Source of the DNA: Eledone cirrhosa
Taxonomy: Eukaryota
Assembly: GCA_964016885.1 (NCBI GenBank)
Contig: OZ024750.1
Coordinates: 11,160,001 to 11,224,000, forward strand
Direction of reading: 5' to 3'
DNA length: 64,000 nucleotides
Shown: piece after piece, positions 57,104-64,000 of the stretch
Layout: each line of letters opens with the position of its first letter
Position numbering within the stretch: the stretch's first letter is position 1
Notes under the pieces: model-generated
Told to the model about the DNA's origin: nothing
Databases searched by the model: none
What the model saw: the letters and a program-made list of their open reading frames with translations, nothing else
Made by a program: the position numbers and the translations under genes

Positions 57104-57204
57104 GTATGTATACGTACATACTTATATTTAAGTAACAGCCGTACTAAGAGTGACAAATGAAATTTATATATATATATATGTACGTATACATACTTATATA
57201 TATA

Positions 57205-57264
<60 letters not shown>

Positions 57265-57268
<4 letters not shown>

Positions 57269-57355
57269 TTATCCCGGGTTCAACCAGGGTTAACCACAGT
57301 AGGTAAGGTACTCAATGCATAGCAGAGTATAAATATTGTCTTTCGTGAAAGACAT
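57265..57355 (-). mobile_element. Tail of the 5.3 kb element family with mini fold-back
   Basis: Reverse complement matches 5375-5445; palindrome TGTCTTTCGTGAAAGACA at the truncation point. Confidence 0.7.
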
Positions 57356-57734
57356 TAGTATAAGGTAACCTAAATAGTTTTGAAGATTTTCGGTTGTTGC
57401 TTGGAAGATTTTTAATTTTTATACGGCGTTTTTAATGAATCACAGTTTCAGGTAATTGGAGGTGTATCTAATATTTTATACGTTCAACTATTTTTCTTCC
57501 GTGATTATTCTTTCACGCAGTTCACTTATTTAGCTGTGTCCATGTAAGGTTATCATCATCATAACCAGTATCCTCACCATCATCTTCATACTCAATCCGA
57601 GAATTAATTCTCTAACCACTAAGCCGCGTGCCTTCACCATTGTGAACGTAACCTATGAATATAATCCTCCAACCCCGATGATTCAACAGTGAGTGTTTAA
57701 TTTCGGTTACATCATGTTAGTTAAATATAATATA

Positions 57735-58075
<341 letters not shown>

Positions 58076-58079
<4 letters not shown>

Positions 58080-58363
58080 AAATAATGATCCGAAGGCATG
58101 GTATAAATTTCCAATCATTTTAATCACGACACATTTTTCAATAAGAGATAGATCGATCTTGTGGCCATGATCGATCATGGCCACACGATCGATCTATCTC
58201 TTATTGAAACATGTGTCGTGATTAAGATGATTGGAAATTTATACCATGCCTTCGGATCTTTATTTTGATGCAAATACTCTGTTTTACATCATCTAGCTGT
58301 TCCCATAAATGGAATTGGAGATATACAAAAGCGTGGAGAACTTAATATTGCTAACAAAAGTTA
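58076..58363 (+). mobile_element. Fold-back element, 97-bp arms, with half-hammerhead
   Basis: Palindrome 58076-58269 centred at 58172/58173; CTCTTATT-GAAA-CATGTG-TC-GTGATT at 58198-58223; unique tail, then TA repeats. Confidence 0.75.
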
Positions 58364-59799
58364 TATATATATATACATATACTTATACATATATATTTAT
58401 ATATATACTTCTACATACATATATCTATGCAAGACTAGTCCAATCGAACAGCTATGAATAGAATCGAAATCTCACCTAAAATAACGACCTTGGGAAATTT
58501 AAAGAAATATTGGATAATGTAGCTTTACATATCTCTAAAGAGATGGGAGTCCTATAGACCGAATTATTTTAATTATATATATCTTCAATCGGGGTTGCTC
58601 TTTGCCTAGACAACAACAACAATAACACAGACCATTGTATAAAAATATATCTATGTACAGTGATATTAATCAATGCAGATAGTATGAATTACACTATCGA
58701 AAAGTTTCCGTTACATATACACCACCAATAAATTTGTTTCTTTTCACTAAGCTATCTCTTTAATGTGCAACGAAATCATATTGTTTACAGACTCGCATTT
58801 TCTAAATATGTTAGCAGCATAAAGGAACTGAAATATTTTTATCTACTGATTAAATCCTCATCACTATCTAGATTTTGGTAAAGCTAGAATAACATTCAGC
58901 AGTTAGACATTAGAATCAATTGATCAATGAATCTGGAGAAGATATTTGATATATCTCACATGCAATGTCACGGATCTGATGTCAACAAAAAGATGCTTTT
59001 GTTTATTTTAGCTTTGTTCTTACTGTGTGTCTCCAGGAGCTTTGTTTTTGTTTGTTTTTTGTTTGTCGTCTTTTTCGATAGTTTCTTTCTTCTTGTTTAG
59101 CCCAAGGTCAACTTTGACCAAGTACGTCTACGATCCAAAGCATTTCAATTGTGAGACTCTTGATGTATTATTTTATTTGTCATGTCCTTAATTAAGGGAG
59201 ATTTGCTTAATATTTCTATCAGGTTGAGCACCCACGTATGGGATCATTCTTCGTACGTACCTAAATATACAAGAAAATTGAGAAGGGATAGAAGGAAGTT
59301 TGGCCAAGAATTCGGTACCTGCATTTTAAGAAAGGCAGAAACTGAAAAAGGTGGCTTTGTAATACTGTATAATCTATTAAATCTCTAGAGGCTTTCAGAA
59401 ACAACACACATTCTTCTGCATATCTTCAAGCTTTGCATCAACAGTCTTAATCTCATGAAACTCAGAATTCCTGCAAACCTCATGAGGTCTGATATTTCTC
59501 TGTCTAAGATACTAAAACATGACCCAAATATGAAGGTAAATAAATATACGTAACTGAATATAGAAGGAAAAATTAGTGTTTCACTAATTTGAACACCCAA
59601 TATTTAATGACTGATATACGGGCTGAGCCGGCTTCTTAAAGGTTTTATACGATTATAATTAATGGGTATCCTCATATATATTATAATAGTCGATGACTTA
59701 TTATACTTTGGCAGTTCCATGTATATATATATACACATATTATATATATATATATATATATACACATATCATATATATATATTTAACCATATTATATAT

Positions 59800-59835
<36 letters not shown>

Positions 59836-60755
59836 TCATAATCACAAGTGATTGTTCCCTTCCATAAACTTACCCATCAATTTGTAAAGCAAACAAACCT
59901 TTCCCATTATTTCTGAGCTTTTCACATCTCATCGAATTCTTACGTTCAATTATTCACCATTATCCTCGCTAGAATACTATTAACTAATAATGGAATTGCC
60001 CAGTCACGTTGGCCAATTTGTGTTGCTACAGAGCAGACCATAATGACGTCGTTTTCTTATAACATCTCAACGGCCGTTGCTGTCATATTTTCATAGTTTT
60101 TTTTTTTTTCTTCGTCTTCTTTCGTAATGTACGTCGCCCCTTCAGGGAAAGACAATTTTATAACATTTCACAATGACAGCTGTAATTGATTCAATGGCTT
60201 GGCAGCAATGTAGCTCAAATACGATTGCAAAATCAGTGAAACTGTCTTCGAGGAGGGAACGTCATCGTGACCTACAACAAGACAAAAACACTATTTTTTG
60301 TCGTTCAATTAGATCTCCAATTATATGATGTGCTATGCATGAATATTTATTATGTAACTAATTAGCTTACCAAACGAATGCATATCATGTAAATTAGCTG
60401 GTTGTTATTTTAAGTTCGCTTTTGTCTTTTAAATTATTCTCAGGCCACAGAAATATAACTAACGTTATCTTATCTTCAAAGAAATATAAGCTTTGAAACA
60501 CCTAAAGGTCATTAATTATGTATTGTTTTTTATAAGAAGAGAATCACACGTTATTTTCTTGGCGTATTTTATATTTTAAAAGACTTTTGTTTCTATATCT
60601 ACATTCAATAAATCACTAATATTCTAAAGTATACTGTGTTGTATTCGGCTTAAACATTCTATGAAAGTCACCTTAAGAAAACAGTTGACTTGCAGCAGCT
60701 TCGTACTTTCTTAGATTGGTTATGAATGATATATTTGATAAATACATTACAATTA

Positions 60756-61176
60756 CAGACAAGAGAGATTGCTTCAATTATAGAGGGATCCCCTTGTTAA
60801 GTATCCCCGGTAAGTTCTATGCTAAGTGTCGGGCAATGAGATGTAGGGAGATTGTCGAGTCCAAGCTAGCTGATGAGGGGTATGGTTTTCGCCCCAGGGG
60901 AAGCACAGATAACCAAATGTTCACACTGCGACAGGTCTTTGAGAGATTGTGGGAGTACTGCCAAAAGATGTATTCTTGTTCTGTAGACCTTGAAAAAGCA
61001 TATGACACAGTTCCTCGGGACCTGCGGTGGAAGATTCTGTAGGAGTATGGGAATGATGGTCAGCTTCTTCTTTCCCTGATGTCTCTACAGGAATGCCCTA
61101 GTATATGTATTCGGAAAAAATGGTGATAAATCGAAACCATTCACTGTGGGAGTCAGACTCCACCAAGGGTGTGTAC
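60756..61176 (+). pseudogene. RTE-clade LINE reverse transcriptase fragment
   Basis: DKRDCFNYRGIPLLSIPGKFYAK...YGFRPRGSTDNQMFTLRQVFE...VDLEKAYDTVPR, then a stop, then GVRLHQGCVLS (GLRQGC motif). Confidence 0.9.
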
Positions 61177-61524
61177 TGAGTTCAAATTCTGTCGTGGTTA
61201 GCTTTGCCTTTCATCCTTACGGGGGTCGATATATATAAATCGATATATTAAATCAGAAACTGATATATTAATATACAACAAACAATATAAGTGTAAAAGT
61301 AAAGATAACCTACTTTATATATTTTAATGTCACTAATGACAAAGAAGGGAAATGATCCGTAGCCATAATGGTGATATTGTATATATATTTCCGAGTATCT
61401 TACTTATACGATGACAGAAAGACAAATTTACACTTTACTTACGCTAACTTATCTACTAATATTACTTTCACTAACAACAATTTAGCTATTTTAGCTAATC
61501 AAGAACTGGTTTCCAAGGTTTCCA

Positions 61525-61904
<380 letters not shown>

Positions 61905-61905
61905 T

Positions 61906-61946
<41 letters not shown>

Positions 61947-62194
61947 CTCTTAACAGGAAATGAAATCTTTTTCTGATGCATTAATGTATAATAACAGATC
62001 GATCCAACTACACTGATTATTTGATCGGTCTGTAGTACAATTATTTAGTGAGATCTTCAGCTGCAGTAACTAGAACAGGGTAGTGCACATATTATTTTGG
62101 AACGAGTTGGTGAAGCTGATGGTGGCGGTATCTACTAAATATTGGCAGATGTTCTTTTGAATGTATTAGTTCATTTTTTTACATTATTATTATC

Positions 62195-62378
62195 GGTGGA
62201 TTGGCAGTATCGGTAGAGGGTCGGACGCCATGCTTTCCAGCATAGTTACGTCCCTTTACGATCTGAGTTCAAATCCCGCCGAGGTTGACTTTGCCTTTCA
62301 TCCTTACGGGGTCGATAAAATAAAGTACCAGTAATGCACTGGGTAATTGCTGGCCTTGTGCCTAAAGTAGAAACAATT
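62195..62378 (+). mobile_element. SINE family 1, near full length
   Basis: Head, core and ATT tail present. Confidence 0.92.
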
Positions 62379-62409
62379 ATTATCATCATCATCATTATTA
62401 TTATTATTG

Positions 62410-62937
62410 TACTTTGAGTCTCAGTCATTGATGTTAGTTAACTGGAAAGTTTGTTGAAATGAATATCAAGCCACTACCTGCAGCCTCAGACATTCAGGAC
62501 GTATCGGAGGGTTCTTGCTGTTCCCAGCAAGCATGCCTTTTGAAGTGTTCCAAAAAGCGGGGCTGGACTAATCTTCTTTAACCATCCTTGGAAACTCTTT
62601 GAGATAGTATCTAGTGCGCGTATGACAATCGGGACGACCTTGATTTCATGGCTGTTCCAAATCCTTTTTAACTCCCACTTTAAGTCCTGGTATCGGTTAA
62701 TTTTTCTGCCTCTCCTTTTCTTGCACTCTCGTGTCAAAGGGCAGGCTACATCTACAATCAGGCACGATCTTTTTTCCTTGTCCAAAACCACCAGGTCAGG
62801 TCTATTGTGTTCTAATTTCTTGTCCGTCTGAATACTAAAATCCCATAGCAGCTTCACCTGATCGTTTTCTGTCACCGACTCTGGCTTATACTCATACCAC
62901 TTCTCAGAATGTGGTAAATTGTTTAGCTTGCATAGAT
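62410..62937 (-). mobile_element. R4/Dong-type LINE 3' portion (restriction-like endonuclease domain) in (ATT)n
   Basis: ORF 62486-62875 ENDQVKLLWDFSIQTDKKLEHNRPDLVVLDK..CLIVDVACP..KINRYQDL..LQKACLLGT (RPD..D..K.Y RLE motif). Confidence 0.9.
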
Positions 62938-62939
62938 GC

Positions 62940-62997
<58 letters not shown>

Positions 62998-62999
<2 letters not shown>

Positions 63000-63388
63000 A
63001 GTTGCATTTATCTTCTTTATGTTCATACGAGTTATCACCAAGTCACAACCAGTGACCTCAAGAGACAACAAGGTCCGCCATGTTCAAGAAAGAACACACA
63101 TACACACATGCATATTTAGGTGTTTAGACTTGTGATGTACTTATATTGACAGAATCTTCCTTAGTATATGGGCAGTTCCCATTAGTACTATCTTTTGTAT
63201 TTCTCCTATACGCGGGTTTCCTGGGATTTGCGATAAGTAATCATTAGCCCCCTTATGTATCATTCCTAGAGCGCCTACAACCACTGGTATTGTTTTAGTT
63301 CTCAATTTCCACATTTTTCCAATTTCTATCTCCAGGTCCTTATACTTGCTCAATTTTTCAAATGTTTTTATAGATACATTCTTGTCCA
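62998..63388 (-). mobile_element. Second, different R4/Dong-type LINE 3' end
   Basis: ORF 63141-63389 EKLSKYKDLEIEIGKMW..IPVVVGALG..IQKIVLMGTAHILRKIL; 3' UTR abuts (AAT)n. Confidence 0.88.
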
Positions 63389-63394
63389 TTATTA

Positions 63395-63570
63395 TGGCAG
63401 TATTGGTAGAGTGTCGGATGCCATGCTTTGGCGCATAGAGTTACGGCCCTTGCCATTCTGAGTTCAAATCCTGCCGAGGTTAACTTTGCCTTTCATCCTT
63501 ACGGGGTCGATAAAATAAAGTACCAGTAATACACTGGTTAATTGCTGGCCTTGTGCCTAACGTAGAAACA

Positions 63571-63573
<3 letters not shown>
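63395..63573 (+). mobile_element. SINE family 1 with long (ATT)n tail
   Basis: Family consensus match. Confidence 0.9.
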
Positions 63574-63605
<32 letters not shown>

Positions 63606-63825
63606 GTAATAACAAATATACTAATAAAATATGTTTTAACATTAGTGAAATGACAATGGAGTGAAATTTAATAGCTTTAATCAAACGCCAGTACTCTTGA
63701 GTCTATCAATCAACATAACTTAAAAATAATGATTCATTTTACTATACTGATGAGTTTCAACAAACAACAAACTCACGGAATAAACACATTTTTTGCCATC
63801 TGTCAAATGTATTGTGCACAGAAAT

Positions 63826-63850
63826 TACTACTACAACCATACTACTACTA

Positions 63851-63908
<58 letters not shown>

Positions 63909-63933
63909 CACTACCACTACTACTACTACTACT
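63826..63933. repeat. (ACT)n microsatellite
   Basis: Direct inspection. Confidence 0.95.
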
Positions 63934-64000
63934 TGAAAGGAAGGGGAAAGTCGATTAAATCGACTCCAGTGCGTTATTGGTACTTTATTTTATTGACCTT

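Noticed and set aside
62195-62280. tRNA gene (A/B boxes)
   Set aside because: Head of a multicopy SINE; continues into SINE core and does not form a full cloverleaf

Overview
AT-rich, repeat-dominated animal genomic DNA, most likely a coleoid cephalopod such as an octopus (inferred from the tRNA-derived SINE families and the (TA)n/(ATT)n/(TATC)n load; not verified by search). No intact protein-coding gene can be supported: almost all listed ORFs are microsatellite, satellite or SINE translations. Recognisable coding remnants are all retroelement fragments: RTE-type LINEs, R4/Dong-type RLE LINEs, L1/Tx1 3' ends, and Penelope-like (PLE) RT and GIY-YIG pieces. There are also about 25 SINE copies or fragments, several MITEs and five minisatellite arrays. 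The main hidden signal is a dense set of short non-coding elements embedded in (TA)n tracts that carry type I hammerhead ribozyme (HHR) motifs. I can fold seven with intact CUGANGA/GAAA cores (5250-5298, 5302-5350, 15894-15958, 17341-17404, 17525-17588, 41012-41128, 41549-41591), plus about ten degenerate or half-motifs, from at least seven sequence families. Many are fold-back inverted repeats, so both strands encode a ribozyme or the fold-back pivots inside ribozyme stem II. This looks like a diverse non-autonomous PLE/pLTR-derived ribozyme element system. All structures were folded by eye; none is tested.
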